A stretch of DNA of 64,000 nt. It comes from Macrostomum hystrix. Its lineage: Eukaryota > Animalia > Platyhelminthes. Positions 34,748-50,335 of this stretch are shown in pieces. The translations under genes and the position numbers were made by a program. The notes below the pieces were generated by a model. The model did not search any database. It was given only the letters and a program-made list of their open reading frames with translations, and was not told the origin of the DNA. The stretch is taken from the NCBI GenBank assembly GCA_950097015.1, contig CATNEN010000003.1:10664001-10728000 (forward strand), in the 5' to 3' direction. The stretch's first letter is position 1. Each line of letters opens with the position of its first letter.

Positions 34748-35540
34748 CTCAAACCTTCTAGATCTCAAACCTTCTAGATTTCGAACTCTGTAGATCTCAG
34801 TCTCTAGATCTCAAACCTTCTAGATCTCAAACCTTCTAGATCTCAAACCTTCTAGATCTCAAACCTTCTAGATCTCAAAGTCAAACCTTCTAGATCTCAA
34901 ACCTTCTAGATTTCGAACTCTGTAGATCTCAGTCTCTAGATCTCAAACCTTCTAGATCTCAAACCTTCTAGATCTCAAACCTTCTAGATCTCAAACCTTC
35001 TAGATCTCAAACCTTCTAGATCTCAAAGTCAAACCTTCTAGATCTCAAACCTTCTAGATCTCAAACCTTCTAGATCTCAAACCTTCTAGATCTCAAACCT
35101 TCTAGATCTCAAACCTTCTAGATCTCAAACCTTCTGGATCTCAAACCTTCTAGATCTCAAACCTTCTAGATCTCAAAGTCAAACCTTCTAGATCTCAAAC
35201 CTTCTAGATCTCAAACCTTCTAGATCTCAAACCTTCTAGATCTCAAACCTTCTAGATCTCAAACCTTCTAGATCTCAAACCTTCTAGATTTCGAACTCTG
35301 TAGATCTCAGTCTCTAGATCTCAAACCTTCTAGATCTCAGACCTTCTAGATCTCAAACTCAAACCTTCTAGATCTCAAACCTTCTAGATTTCGAACTCTG
35401 TAGATCTCAGTCTCTAGATCTCATTCTCTAGATCTCATTATCTAGATCTCAGTCTCTAGATATCAGTCTCTAGATATCAGTCTCTAGATCTCAGTCTCTA
35501 GATCTCAGTCTTTAGATCTAAATCCTTCTAGATCTCAGAT
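34748..35540 (+). repeat. Minisatellite, 16-bp unit (aaaccttctagatctc)
   Basis: Tandem copies with recurring variant blocks. Confidence 0.95.
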
Positions 35541-36139
35541 TGAATACTGTACTTACTCAGACTGTACCTAAATCGAATTCCTTTTGTTGATTACAATTGA
35601 AAAACATTATCATTGTTTGTGTTATTCATAGGTGGCTGTGAGCAACTAATACATGATAGATCCCCAGGCAGCAACGCACAATATCCCACCGAGCTTGCTG
35701 TCCAAGCAACAAGCAATCAATATTTACACTTCTGCTATAGTGGCGTGCAGTGCTGACCGAAGGATATTAAATAATTTTTTTCTAGTCGCCACTATTGCTC
35801 CACCCACGCACAGAAGCCTGTCATATCCGATTATTTATACGTCCTGTTGCTATGGAGCCGGCTGAGCGAGTTCAATATGTTTCAGCTTCTGATTTTGTAT
35901 CTATGCAAAGAAAGCGGACCACAATTGTTAATTAACTCTTGTACATAGTGCTCGTTTTAATTTTGAAAGTACAAAAAATATTATGAAAAAATATATACAT
36001 ATTTGTTTTTTGACATTCAAATAAGCTTTTTTAGACGTTTTTAGAGAAAAATACACGGACATAAATTAAGGGCCAGTGTCAAATTTGTGAGCCAGAAGCA
36101 GCAAAGGATACTCAGAAGACGGAAAGTCCAATCGAGAGA

Positions 36140-36682
36140 GAGTGAGAGAGTCAGGTAGTCAGAGTGAGAGTCAGAGGGAGAGTCAGAGGGAGAGTCAGGA
36201 GAAGGAGAGTCAGAGGGAGAGTCAGAGGGAGAGTCAGAGGGAGAGTCAGCGGGAGAGTCAGAGGGAGAGTCAGAGGAAGAGTCAGCGGGAGAGTCAGCGG
36301 GAGAGTCAGAGGGAGAGTCAGCGGGAGAGTCAGCGGGAGAGTCAGAGGGAGAGTCAGAGGGAGAGTCAGAGGGAGAGTCAGCGGGAGAGTCAGAGGGAGA
36401 GTCAGAGGGAGAGTCAGCGGGAGAGTCAGAGGGAGAGTCAGCGGGAGAGTCAGAGGGAGAGCCAGAGGGAGAGTCAGCGGGAGAGTCAGCGGGAGAGTCA
36501 GCGGGAGAGTCAGCGGGAGAGTCAGAGGGAGAGTCAGCGGGAGAGTCAGAGGGAGAGTCAGAGGGAGAGTCAGCGGGAGAGTCAGAGGGAGAGTCAGAGG
36601 AAGAGTCAGCGGGAGAGTCAGAGGGAGAGTCAGCGGGAGAGTCAGCGGGAGAGTCAGAGGGAGAGTCAGCGGGAGAGTCAGA
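36140..36682 (+). repeat. Minisatellite, 12-bp unit (gagagtcagmgg)
   Basis: About 44 copies. Confidence 0.95.
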
Positions 36683-37269
36683 GTGCTTGCTTGTAATGGG
36701 TTAGCTAATATTTTGCATGCGATTATTCATCAGATGCAGTAAGAAAATTGGCACATACTTTTTGTTCGCACATATAATTTTGAAGGCCTAAAAATTCAGA
36801 CTCAAAACTCGCGGTCACACAGATGAGATAAGATAAGGCCCACTGTTTTTTGTTAGAGAGTAGCGGAGTAGCAAGAAAGCCCGACTAAAAATAGCAGTTG
36901 CTCCTAGGAGCATTGCTGAACTCAAAGGATTATACGAATACTTAGGATAAATATGAGTCTAGCTGTAGAGTTGTAACAAATTGTATGCTGTTGGTACATT
37001 TAGCCTCTCACAGATATGAACAGTTCAGTGTTTTGACAGGTTCAGCGACATCACTCATTGCACTCAATCACTCGCTGCCTTAATATACCTTAATCTCCTT
37101 GTTATTTTAGTCTCGTAATCTATTACTTACTATCGTATTAAATCTCGCATCTTATCATTTCACCCTCTATCTCACCCTGTATCTCTTAATCTAACCCTGT
37201 GTCTCCTCCTTTAACTATTAGTCTCATGTATCTTTTCAGTCCCTATATATTTTAATCTCACCCTGTATC

Positions 37270-37500
37270 ACACGCTTTATCTCTACCTTAATCTCACGCT
37301 TATCGCTACCTTAATCTCACGCTTATCTCTACCTTAATCTCACGCTTATCGCTACCTTAATCTCACGCTTATCTCTACCTTAATCTCACGCTTATCTCTA
37401 CCTTTATCTCACGCTTATCTCTACCTTAATCTCACCCTCTATCTCTACCTTAATCTCACCCTCTATCTCTACCTTAATCTCATCCTCTATCGTTGTATCT
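37270..37500 (+). repeat. Minisatellite, 23-bp unit (gcttatctctaccttaatctcac)
   Basis: About 9 copies. Confidence 0.85.
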
Positions 37501-38146
37501 CACCCTTTCTCTGACCATCTATATCACTATCTATCTCACACTTCATCTTTCTATCTCAATCTCTCTTCTTCTCTGTTCACTGTTCAATCTTAGGAATTCC
37601 CAAATAAAAAAACTTTTTTCCTAATCAGCGGGTAATTATTTAACCTAAAAAAAGTGGAAGATTTTTCGGAAATTTCCTTCATCCCTTCATCCTGCCCCTG
37701 CGTGAGAGTTTTAAGAGCCGACCACATAGGACTCGCTCTCACAAGTCATTTGAAGCCGAATAAACTGAATTCCTGAGATTGAGAGAACGCTTCAAAATCT
37801 AGTACAAAATGTCCGGCCGGCTCATCTCGCTGTGCCTTCCTTACTGTCCTGTCTCTCCCACATTTTCTCTCCCTTTTTTTAAAATACACTGGTGCTTGCG
37901 CGACTTGCCAGAAGAAATAATTCCTCTTTGCATTTCCTTTTCCCGCCCTGGCCATCAATGGGTGTGGCCGCAAACCGACCTAATCTCCTTAGACAGGTGT
38001 GTGAATGTGTGTGTGCGTGTGTGCTCACGACACGATGGGAGCGAGGAGTAATCGCTGCTCAGGGATTCTTTGAGCAAAAATCTCTTTGCTGTCTCTCCGC
38101 GTCTTTAGGCTTCGGGTTTCATTTTGTTTTAAGAGCAGCACTGGGC

Positions 38147-38440
38147 GAGAGGTAGAAAAGTAGATAGAGAGAGGTAGAGAAGTAGATAGAGAGAGGTAGA
38201 GACGTAGATAGAGAGTGGTAGAGAAGTAGATAGAGAGAGGTAGAGAAGCAGATAGAGAGAGGTAGAGAAGTAGATAGAAAGAGGTAGATAAGTAGATAGA
38301 GAGAAGTAGATAAGTAGATAGAGAGAGGTAGAGAAGTAGATAGAGAGAGGTAGATAAGTAGATAGCGAGAGGTAGAGATGTAGATAAAGAGAGGTAGAGA
38401 GGTAGATTGAGAGAGGTAGAGACGTAGATAGAGAGGTAGA
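38147..38440 (+). repeat. Minisatellite, 22-bp purine-rich unit (agagaggtagagaagtagatag)
   Basis: About 13 degenerate copies. Confidence 0.85.
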
Positions 38441-40303
38441 GAGATGGAGAGTTATATAGAGATAAGGCGCAAATCGAGAAGTAAAGCCGAAAAAGAGAAA
38501 GTATATACTTATGCTTGAGGGAAGTAGACGGCAAAAGAGGTGGATGATGAAATGAAAGTAAAATAAAATGAAAACATTTTTTGCCGCATAAGTCTGCCGT
38601 TTTTGTCAGAATTATAGAGCTAAACGATCGGTTTGCAAGCTTAGTTTACTAGCAAGGCAGTTTTTTCTAGGAAACAGGCAGAACAAGTCAAAGCATGAAT
38701 TGCAACCAAAGCCGGAAGAGCAGATCTACTTCGTTTAAAAAAGCCGACACTGCTATATACCCATAATAACAAAAATGAATCTCATTTACTATTATAAATT
38801 TGTATATAATAGGAGGCAAGTAACGATTTGTGTAACTTCAGCCGTACGTCATTTTATTCTTAACCTCAATTGGTCAAAGCCAAACTCCAAGCATGCATTG
38901 CTCAAGGAATTATGAATTGTTTAATGCAAAAAGAAAAGCTAAACGAAAATTGTATGCTATTTGTCAATAAATTCAGAAAATAAACATTTTTTACTGGACA
39001 CATTTTTACGCAAAAGTTTATAATATAAATAACAAATTTCAATAAAAGAACAACAGCATGAAATAGCTGTAAGCCAAACGAACAAGTTAAATAGCTGGAA
39101 CAAAAACTGTAATTTACAATTTAAATCATGTGAACAAGTTCTGAAATGACAAAATGTTGTAATGCAAGTTTCGGTAGTTGCCACCAAAGTCAAAATAAAA
39201 TTAAATATCGAATTTCCAAATTAACCATGATTGCTTTTGGAATAGGTCGAGGATTTTTTGTGTTCTAACTTGTAAACAAAAAATATTAATAAAATAAATA
39301 GTTTAAACATTACTTTCGCACACATATTAAACATGAAAAATTCCTAACTCGTTTTAACGGAAAAATATACTGGTAAAGAGGAATTCGATAAAACAAAGTA
39401 GCATGTTTAGAGTAATAAAAAACGCATACTAATATAAACATGAAAAAGAAAATTACATTTCTAGGCGCACAATAAAAAAGATAGCTACAATAAATCGATT
39501 CTTAAAGACTGCAGAATACCAAGATGGCAGCCTTATCTTTTTGCATATCAGTTGGATAAGTTATTTGATAAATTGTTACAAGCCACTATTAATACTACTT
39601 TAGGTAGTAACATGAAATCAAAATCTAAAGGATTCACCGGAAAAGAACGCCAGAAAAAAATTAATCGGGACACGGACGCGAAAACTTATGACAAGAATTT
39701 GCTATTTGTCTTAGAAAAAAATAGAGAAAACCGCTGTGAACAAATTGAACTAAAACATTTTTTGTAAATATATGTACCAGAGCGGAACTGCTAAACGATT
39801 CCCACAAACGATGCAACATACTTTTGAACTAATATAATTCTTATCAAGTCGTAATAAGATAACTACGAGTATATAATATGAGAAGCTTTTTATACGTATA
39901 GTTTTAGACTCATTAAAAATTAATTATCGCAAATTAAATAGAGGAAGCTGGAGATTCCATACAGATTTTTTGTTTTGTTAGAATGATATGCTGTTCAAAT
40001 ACAATTGCGCCACATTACAATTTCTCAAATTGTAAGAGATGGACGCGCTAGCCCTAGGCAAGATGTACATCTAGCGAATTTGTGGTAGAAAACTAGGGGT
40101 GCTATGTACATGTACCGCCGGGAGAGAAGTTTGGGGTGGTTGGCTCACGTTGGCTCACGTCGAGTTCAACATCATCGATCGAGACTTTTGGTTATTATTC
40201 AAGCTAATATTAGCAGGGATTTTTAATTGTCGAATCTATAAATACACACAGGTGAATAATCAATGGAATCCTTAGCCCAGCAAATCCTTTATGCCAGTTT
40301 TTA

Positions 40304-43300
40304 TCAACTGAAATTCGGCCAAAGTTCGTTTAGCAAGTCACAGAGCTGCAAGCCGGCGTGGCGTAGTGCAGGCTCGAAGTCTGCGTTGAGCGTGGCAAGG
40401 TGGGCCTGAAGCCTCCGACACGAGTTAAAGACATCACCGTTAAAGTACTTTTCTGCGGAGGGTGACATGAAATAACTGTTTCTGAGTGACTGCACAGTTT
40501 CAGGAGAGCAATCAGGGTGTCAGGAGAGTACTCAGGGTGTCAGGAGAGTACTCAGGGTGTCAGGAGAGTACTCAGGGTGTCAGGAGAGTACTCAGGGTGT
40601 CAGGGCAGTAATCAGGGTGTCAGGAGAGTAATCAGGGTGTCAGGGAGAGTAATCAGGGTCTCAGGAGAGTAATCAGGGTCTCAGGAGAGTAATCAGGGTC
40701 TCAGGAGAGTAATCAGGGTCTCAGGAGGGTAATCAGGGTCTCAGGAGAGTAATCAGGGTGTCAGGAGAGTAATCAGGGTGTCAGGAGAGTAATCAGGGTG
40801 TCAGGAGAGTAATCAGGGTGTCAGGAGAGTAATCAGGGTGTCAGGAGAGTAATCAGGGTCTCAGGAGAGTAATCAGGGCCTCAGGAGAGTAATCAGGGTC
40901 TCAGGAGAGTAATCAGGGTCTCAGGAGAGTAATCAGGGTCTCAGGAGAGTAATCAGGGTGTCAGGAGAGTAATCAGGGTGTCAGGAGACTGTGTAAAGAA
41001 AGTCAGCAGTAATAAATTTCATGAATTCCAAGCTCACCATTCTGATAGGAGCCAAGACAGATGAGTGTTTTGCGTTGAAGCGCACTAATGATGGAAGCTG
41101 ACGGGCCAGCGTCGACTAGAATTTCTTGACATTCTGAAACGACACGGTTTAGAAAATGCATTTGGATTTAAAAGGTATTGTAGAAAAAACTATCTATAAA
41201 TAATAACCAAAGTAGTGCCATTAAGACTGGCATAGTGACAAAAATGGGCGGTAGTTTGAGAAACAAATACTGGTAGAGCGAGAAACAAATACTGGTAGGC
41301 GAGAAACAATGAGTGGTAAAGTTACAAACAAAGACTGCTAGAGTTACAAACAAAGACTGGTAGAGTGAGAAACAAAGACTGGTAGAGTGAGAAACAAATA
41401 CTGGTAGGCGAGAAACAATGAGTGGTAAAGTTACAAACAAAGACTGCTAGAGTTACAAACAAAGACTGGTAGAGTGAGAAACAAATACTGGTAGAGTGAG
41501 AAACAAAGACTGGTAGAGTGAGAGACATGAGTAGGATAGTGGTATCTAAAAGATGGACTATCAGAGAGAAGTGGAGATCAAAGTGGCTGGCATGGCTGCG
41601 GAGGTCCCTTACCGGTTCCATAAGCTAGCATGGCGCAGAATAAAGCGATCTCCATCTGGTCCAGACCGTTAATGAGAGCGCCAGCGAGTCTAGCCACATA
41701 ATTGGAATGACTGGCGATCACGTTGGCCAGCTCAGAGTAGCGCCTCCTCAATCGAGCCATCTGGCTGCTGTCCATCTTCAACGGCGACCGCAGTTCGGTA
41801 TTGGAGTCGCTGACACAGTCGGAGGCTTGAGCTAGCAGCAGCACAGGGTAGAAGGTGCGAGCCAGCAGGCGGCCCCTGATGCGCCAGTCCAGAGAGGACA
41901 TGCCCGGCAGCAGCTGGCAGAAGGTCTGGATGCCGCTACCGAGTTGACGCAGCCTGCCCAGGACAGCCTTTGAGCAGTTCTCATCCGACTCATTGTCGCT
42001 GTCTTCATCGTCATCAGCGACGCCTTCGGTTGTTCCACCGGACTGGCCACCGGCTTTGGACACAGCCAGTAAGACAGCTTTTAGTCCTAGGAAGGCTCGC
42101 TGAATGCAGTCGATAAATTCAACTTCAGATTGAGCCTCCAGATCAACGGCTGTGGCTAATGGCTGCTGCTGCTGCTGGCTAGGACATGCAACAAAACTGT
42201 CCTGTGTAGCTTGCTGATGCGCCGAGAAGTTCTGTAGCTGCTGATGATGAAGATGGTGTTGATGCGAAAGCGGCTGCTGCTCCTGCTGATGATGCTGCAG
42301 CTGCTGGTGCTGATGAAGTGAAAGATGATTGGGCAGGAGCTGCTGACGGGTGTTCCTGATCTTCTTGATCTCCTGGGCGCACATGTGTTTTACGGCGTTC
42401 GGTTGGCGTCCGATTCGACTACCTAAAATGGTTGATTTGCGTAAAAAATCACGCATTAGTTTTTTTACTCTACTTACAGTAGATGAATAGTTAAGTTTCT
42501 TTAGAATCTCTGATAATTCATAAAATTAAAAGGGTTCATATTAGCCGATTTTTTTCAACAGAAAATTCTAAAATCTAAATTTCGATTGGTTTCGTGTTAC
42601 TAATTACTCGCAAATAATATTGAATTAAGTAGCCGATATGTAAAGAAAAAGTAAATTGCGATTGCACTCAAACATTTACATTTACAAAAAAGCTAACATT
42701 TTAATAACTAATTAATATAAAACATGATCATAACAAAATAATAGCAATCATGCTTCATTGCACCTTCCCCAATTGGGCCAGATGTGCAGTCAACCGCACA
42801 GTCGCAGCTATTGCGCGGAGCATCTGAAACCTGCGTACGGCTGTTCAGTCCATGGACTGGTGGGTGCCACACCCGCCCTCAATTACCCCAGCTAGTGCTG
42901 GTTCCCATTTAACAGCTGGGTGAACTGAAGCAACGCAGAGTTTAGTGCTAATGGACACAAATTGTTCCACTGGATTCGGGAATCGAACCCCGGACCTTCA
43001 AGTCGTGAGTCCGTCGCTCTAGCCACTAGGCCACAACCTCTATAATCCCTCCCTCCTGAACATTTAATAGAGACGAGAGAGAGAGCTAGAGGATCAAAAT
43101 CCCATCGACGTGTCATTTCATTTGGAATGAAAAAAAAGATAAGAAACTGAGCCTCTCATTTATCAGAAAATGTCGCTATCTTCAGTTGTCGCGTGCCGCA
43201 TAGGATATTGACGGAAGTGTCAGATCATTTGATTTTTTTTCCATTTTTTTTATTTCCAGTGTTGTCAGAATAGCAGCTCTTAAAACAGCTCTGTGTGGCC

Positions 43301-45728
43301 ATTTCCGATTATTCCTCAATTTAGTGTTGAGTGCTTGTCTGCGTCAGTCGAGAATGGATCAATTTCGATCTCAAACATACGTTGAAACTCCAACCCTACA
43401 AAGGCAGACTGGGACCGGGGCTGCAGGCTTTACTACTATTAATATTATTTTATTATTACTATTTGCCAGAGGAGGGTGGGGAGATATTGGCGCTCGTGGT
43501 CGGCAAAGGTCCCAGATTCCAGAAACGGGGTCTCCCACCGCCTTAATACCTTTTCGAGGCTTCGGGACTGCGTTTTTCGTGAATGCAGGCGGCCCTTGAA
43601 GTGGAATAGCCCAGCTAATACAGTTAGCTCACGCCATGGGACAGATGGTTTGCGAGTCTAAATCAGAGAATGAGCTTGGGGACACTAACAAAGGTCTATC
43701 GGCCTTCAAAAACGCACCGTCTGTTTCGCACTCTCGCACTCTCACTGCCTCTCTCTCTCTCCTAGGTCCTTTAGCCTAGACATTTAGGTTTTTCTGGGTA
43801 TTCTAGCCTTCCTTCTTTTCATTATCCCGTGTCTCATCTCTCCCGTGTCTCATCTCTTCCGTGTCTCATCTCTCCCGTGTCTCATCTCTCCCCTGTCTCA
43901 TCTCTCCCGTGTCTCATCTCTCCCGTCTCATCTCTCCCGTGTCTCATCTCTCCCGTGTCTCATCTCTCCCCTGTCTCATCTCTCCCGTGTCTCATCTCTC
44001 CCGTCTCATCTCTCCCGTGTCTCATCTCTCCCGTGTCTCATCTCTCCCCTGTCTCATCTCTCCCGTGTCTCACCTCTCCAGTGTCTTATCTCTCCCGTGT
44101 CTCATCTCTCCCGTGTCTCATCTCTCCCGTGTCTCATCTCTCCCGTGTCTCATCTCTCCCGTGTCTCATCTCTCCCGTGTCTCATCTCTCCCGTGTCTCA
44201 TCTCTCCCGTGTCTCATCTCCCACGTGTCTCATCTCTCCAGTGTCTCATCTCTCCCGTGTCTCATCTCTCCAGTGTCTTATCTCTCCCGTGTCTCATCTC
44301 TCCCGTGTCTTATCTCTCCCGTGTCTCATCTCTCCCGTGTCTCATCTCTCCCGTGTCTCATCTCCCACGTGTCTCATCTCTCCCATGTCTCATCTCTCCC
44401 GTCTCATCTCTCCAGTGTCTTATCTCTCTAATGTCTCATCTCTCCCGTGTCTCATCTTTCCCGTGTCTCATCTCCCCAGTCTTATCTCCCCAGTCTCACC
44501 CTCGGAGGACATGCCGGCCCGGGTGCACTTGGCGAATCGGCAGCTTTTGCAGGCGTTGCGGCTCTGCTGGTTGATCTCGCAGCCGCCGCCTTTGCTGCAG
44601 ATGTACTTGCCGGCGTCTCGCTCTTTGATCGTGCGACGAAAGAAGCCCTGCCAAACAATGGGGATATTTTGCGTGGGGATTGACTTATGAAATTTAGTTT
44701 TACACACAGTCTACTAACAGTTTAACAGATAAAAATCCAATCTAACAGGTAAACACCCAGTCTAACAGGTAAACACCCAGTCTAACAGGTAAACACCCAG
44801 TCTAACAGGTAAACACCCAGTCTAACAGGTAAACACCCAGTCTAACAGGTAAACACCCAGTCTAACAGGTAAACACCCAGTCTAACAGGTAAACACCCAG
44901 TCTAACAGGTAAACACCCAGTCTAACAGGTAAACACCCAGTCTAACAGGTAAACACCCACTCTAACAGGTAAACACCCAGTCTAACAGGTAAACACCCAG
45001 TCTAACAGGTAAACACCCAGTCTAACAGGTAAACACCCAGTCTAACAGGTAAACACCCAGTCTAACAGGTAAACACCCCAGTAAAACAGGCAATCATAGG
45101 CGAACCCACAACCGACCTTGCATCCCTCGCAGGTGATGGCGCCGAAATGAAAGCCGGAACTGTTGGCTCCGCAGACTCGACACGGAATGTCAGATATTGA
45201 CGTTGCCATGCCGGGACTTTTACCTGTGTGATTGGCGGGAAATCAGTGCTTTGTCTGTTAATTAGTATTTTCAAATTGGGCCAGATATGCAGGCGGCAGC
45301 ACAGCTGGCGGACTGGAGGGAACCCACACTCATGATGCTGGTACCCATTTAACAGCTGGTTGAACTGAATAAATGCAGAGTTAAGTGTCTCGCTAAACGA
45401 CTAATTGTACCAACAGTGTGAAGAATCGAAACCCCGACCTTCGGACCTAACAACAATGCTAGAACTTCTTAGTTGAATAAATCGGAAAAAATGATTCGAA
45501 TTCCTTTTAGCTAGTTTCTCAAAATGATTTCAGAAAAAATCTAAAACCCATTGAAAGATACCGAACTTCTGTTCTTAAATAAAATGAATTTAATCTGCAG
45601 AGCTTAAAGAAACAGAAAAGACAGATTAACATTTAACACCCTGGCCCAAATCATGGAGAGAGATTAGTGTCGGCATCGCAGTCTTCTAGCCTTCATTTTT
45701 TCTAATTTTCACCCTAAATTCTTTCGAT

Positions 45729-45771
<43 letters not shown>

Positions 45772-48700
45772 CAGCTATTCTAGCAGTAACAGCAACTGTA
45801 GCGATTCTAACGTTTGGTTCGGGGCAAATTAGGCTCTGCCTCTTAGGACTGCGTGGTTATGGCGTCATTCTATACACTTTATATTATTATAGTTTGTAAA
45901 AAGAGAGGAAACAGCCACTGCTTAAGAAAAGCAAGAGAAGATTGTTTCAAAGCAGCAGCAGCAGCAGCAAAGGCTACACCAATTCTCCCCTGAGGGGTCT
46001 ATGCCGGCGGTAACTAGTAACTACATGCAAATGGCACGCACTAGCACAAAGACTCGAAACTCTCTATTGTGCATGGCATCCCCGCGGGGGTACTTGCTTG
46101 TAGAATAAATCTAAAACTTTGCCCCAAACCCCATGGAGATTCGCTACAATCATGTTTTTTCATTCCATTTTTTTCTAGCTAAATTTCTTTGCTTTTGAAA
46201 AATACACACGAGTTTATTTACTATGTTTGTTTCTAGATAGTCGGGTACACAGGTGAGCCCGGTAGAAAAGAGGTGATTTGGGAAAGAGGGAAAGAAGAGA
46301 TAGTAGAGACTGGAGAGTAGAGAAGAGAGGAGAGAGAACAGAAGAGAGAAGAGAGAAGAGAGGATCGAGAAGAAAGGAGAGAGGAGAGAGGAGAGAGAGG
46401 AGAGAGAGGAGAGGAGAGATAAGAAAATAGAGAAGAGAAGAGAGAAGAGACAAGAAAGGAGAGAGAAGAGTGGAGAGAAGAGACAAGAGAGGAGAGAGAA
46501 GAGAAGAGGGAAGAGAGGATCGAGAAGAAAGGAGAGAGGCGAGAGGAGAGAGGAGAGGGGAGAGAGAGGAGAGAGAGAGGAGAGGAGAGAAGAGACAAGA
46601 GAGGATAGAGTAGAGAAAAGACAAGAGAGGATCGAGAAGAAAGGAGAGAGGCGAGAGGAGAGAGAATAGAGAAGGGACTTTAGAGATAAGAAAAGGAGAG
46701 GAGAGAAACTATAAAAACATGTGACGGACTGTTTAATGCTACTAAATTTGAAATGGGAACTACTGCTTTACGGCGCATGAGATGAAAGCTAAAAAAATCT
46801 ACCCTTGGATCTTAAGATTTTTTTCTTACATGCAACACGGACGGAGAACCTTGCTCAAAATATTGACGTCACGCGTTTGAGATCGAGTATAGCTTTTACA
46901 CCATGGTGAATGGGGTTTGTTTTGAGAGATTTTTTTCCACCGGAAAGGACTTGCGCGCATTATGTTTAACTTCTGTTGTTGTTGTTGTCGGGGGTGAGTA
47001 TGGCGGTGTTACAAGCTGCGGACAACATTCTTCTAGGGGGAAAAAAAGTCAACTTCAGAAGGTGCTTCTCCGTCTACCTGGAGACTGACTGCATGGCATC
47101 CCCTTGGATACAAGATGCACGCTCTGAGATCAGCCTAAAATAGGTCTCTAGGGATTCGGTTTGAGTGCAAGTGTGAAGCTTAAAGACAAGGGACTCGCAA
47201 TATGCAGGTGAGTGGGGAGGTTCCTGCCCTCTTCTTATTATTCTTCAAGTGATATGCTGGTCAACATTTTGGACAAGTGAAAGGCCTATAGCTGTAAATA
47301 ACTGACAACAGCCCCACATCCTCAGAGCTAGTGTCGCGTAGAAAATTATTGAATTTAGCGTACACATTTTCCCTACCTTTGTTTCTTCCGGTTATGCTCC
47401 TATATAGCTTGACCTTGGCCCATGGTTCCCTGTTGGATACTGATTAGTATAGTGAAAAAAATCTCTGTCTAGCTTCTAACTGTTAATTTTTTTCTTATCA
47501 GTCTAGAAATTATGTTGACAGCTGATCTCAGGTGTATAGCTGGATACATGGGCGCTTGAGACTAAACCTATCATTAATTATTTATTGAGTCTGTGTACAG
47601 GAAGGAAAGGGGTGTTGGTTCTGTGAGTATATTTCTTGCTTCTTTTAAACCGCTTTTTACTCATTCAGTTTCCTTCCTTAAATCTTTGAATCCGATTCTA
47701 CTATCCCTGTTTATCCTGAACCATCCTAAATCTAACCTTCCGATTCTACCCTCCTGATTCTACCCTCCTGATTCTACCCTCCTGATTCTACCCTCCTGAT
47801 TCTACCCTCCTGATTCTACCCTCCTGATTCTACCCTCCTGATTCTACCCTCCTGATTCTACCCTCCTGATTCTACCCTCCTGATTCTACCCTCCTGATTC
47901 TACCCTCCTGATTCTACCCTCCTGATTTTACCCTCCTGATTTTACCCTCCTGATTCTACCCTCCCGATTCTACCCTCCTGATTCTACCCTCCCGATTCTA
48001 CCCTCCCGATTCTACCCTCCCGATTCTACCCTCCCGATTCTACCCTCCTGATTCTACCCTCCCGATTCTACCCTCCCGATTCTACCCTCCTGATTCTACC
48101 CTCCCGATTCTACCCTCCCGATTCTACCCTCCCGATTCTACCCTCCCGATTCTACCCTCCTGATTCTACCCTCCCGATTCTACCCTCCCGATTCTACCCT
48201 CCTGATTCTACCCTCCTGATTCTACCCTCCCGATTCTACCCTCCCGATTCTACCCTCCTGATTCTACCCTCCCGATTCTACCCTCCCGATTCTATCCTCC
48301 CGATTCTACCCTCCTGATTCTACCCTCCTGATTCTAACCTCCCGATTCTACCCTTCCGATTCTAACCTCCTGATTCTAACCTCCCGATTCTACCCTCCTG
48401 ATTCTACCCTCCTGATTCTACCCTCCTGATTCTACCCTCCTGATTCTACCCTCCTGATTCTACCCTCCTGATTCTACCCTCCTGATTTTACCCTCCTGAT
48501 TTTACCCTCCTGATTCTACCCTCCTGATTCTACCCTCCTGATTCTACCCTCCCGATTCTATCCTCCCGATTCTACCCTCCCGATTCTACCCTCCTGATTC
48601 TACCCTCCCGATTCTACCCTCCTGATTCTACCCTCCTTATTTTACCCTCCTGATTCTACCCTCCTGATTTTACCCTCCTGATTCTACCCTCCTGATTCTA

Positions 48701-50296
48701 CCCTCCTGATTCTAACCTCCTGATTCTACCCTCCTGATTCTGCCCTCCTTATTTTACCCTCCTGATTCTACCCTCCCGATTCTACCCTCCTGATTCTACC
48801 CTCCCGATTCTACCCTCCTGATTCTACCCTCCTGATTCTACCCTCCTTATTTTACCCTCCTCATTCTACCCTTCCGATTCTACCCTCCCGATTCTACCCT
48901 CCCGATTCTACCCTCCTGATTCTACCCTCCCAGTTCTACCCTGATTCCTGTAGGCTGTTTAGTAAAGTAAGCCAGTAAAAATGTAAATAATCTAGAATTT
49001 TGTTATACTCTTTTGTCTGTCTCCTGGAAACCGTATAGCTGGTCATTGTCCCATCTGATTTCCTATTTCTTCCCTTCTGGCTCAGTTCTATGAGGTCAAC
49101 TGCGCAATTCCCAGCTTTTCATTTGATCAGAACTGCGCAATATTTTTGTGGAAAGCTTTCGCTATGGCCGATAACATGCCCGGTACACAGTGAGGTGAGA
49201 TTTCGGCCTAAAGTACAAACCGATTAAGTAAATATTGCCAAATTCGGAGCCAAAATGCATACAAAAATCATTTCGCAAAGGAGTGATTCATAGAAAAAAA
49301 TGAGTCATTAGAGTGCGAAGTTCATTGCTACACTGTTGATATCATATTTAGCATTTAATTGGTTGCATAAAGAAGGCTATGCATGACAATATGAAACACT
49401 CGTTACATTGTACTGATGTACTTTTAGCACTCTGAATAAAATTGGCCTCTATTCAAATCCGCCCCTTACCAATTAGAATCTGCCCCTTCCCTACTAGAAT
49501 CCGCCCCTTCCCTATTAGAATCTGCCCCTTCCCTATAAGTATCCGCCCCTTCCTTATTAGAATCTGCCCCTTCCCTATTAGAATCCGCCCCTTCCCTATT
49601 AGAATCTGCCCCTTCCCTATTAGAATCCTCCTGTTCCCTATTAGAATCTGCCCTTTCCCTAATAGAATCCGCCCCTTCCCTATTAGAATCCGCCCCTTCC
49701 CTATTAGAATCCGCCCCTTCCCAATTAGAATCCACCCCTTCGCTATTAGAATCCGCCCCTTCCCTATTAGAATCCGCCCCTTCCCTACTAGAATCCGCCC
49801 CTTCCCTATTAGAATCCGCCCCTTCCCTATTAGAATCCGCCCCTTCCCTATTAGAATCCGCCCCTTCCCTATTAGAATCTGCCCCTTCTCAATTAGAATC
49901 CGCCCCTTTTCAATTCGAAATTCTTACACTTTTATCCAATAGTGCGCGTCCATTTCCCTTTAAAAAAGCGGAAGCCAAAGAAGCTGTCGACATACCTGGC
50001 AGGAACATATTGAGCGTCTGGCATTTGTTGAAGCGGCAATACTGGCAGTGAGTTCTCGTCTCCTTGGTGATCTCGCAGCGGCCAGCCTTGCTGCAGCTGT
50101 ACTTGGCCACGCCGTGCAGCATCCCGGCTCTGGAGGACCGGATGAAGAATTTCTTGCAGGCCTCGCAAACGAAAGCTCCGCAATGGAATCCGGCTGCCGT
50201 GTCGCCGCAGACGTCACAGGGACGGCTCTCGGCCGCTTTGAACAGGCTTTGCTCGTTGGGATCGGATTTTATTGCGAATGATTTTTGCCGATGCAA

Positions 50297-50335
<39 letters not shown>

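Noticed and set aside
42965-43040. tRNA gene (also 27305-27379 and a weak remnant at ~26450-26510)
   Set aside because: A and B boxes are present but acceptor stems are poor, and the first two continue into repeated SINE bodies, so they were called SINE heads.
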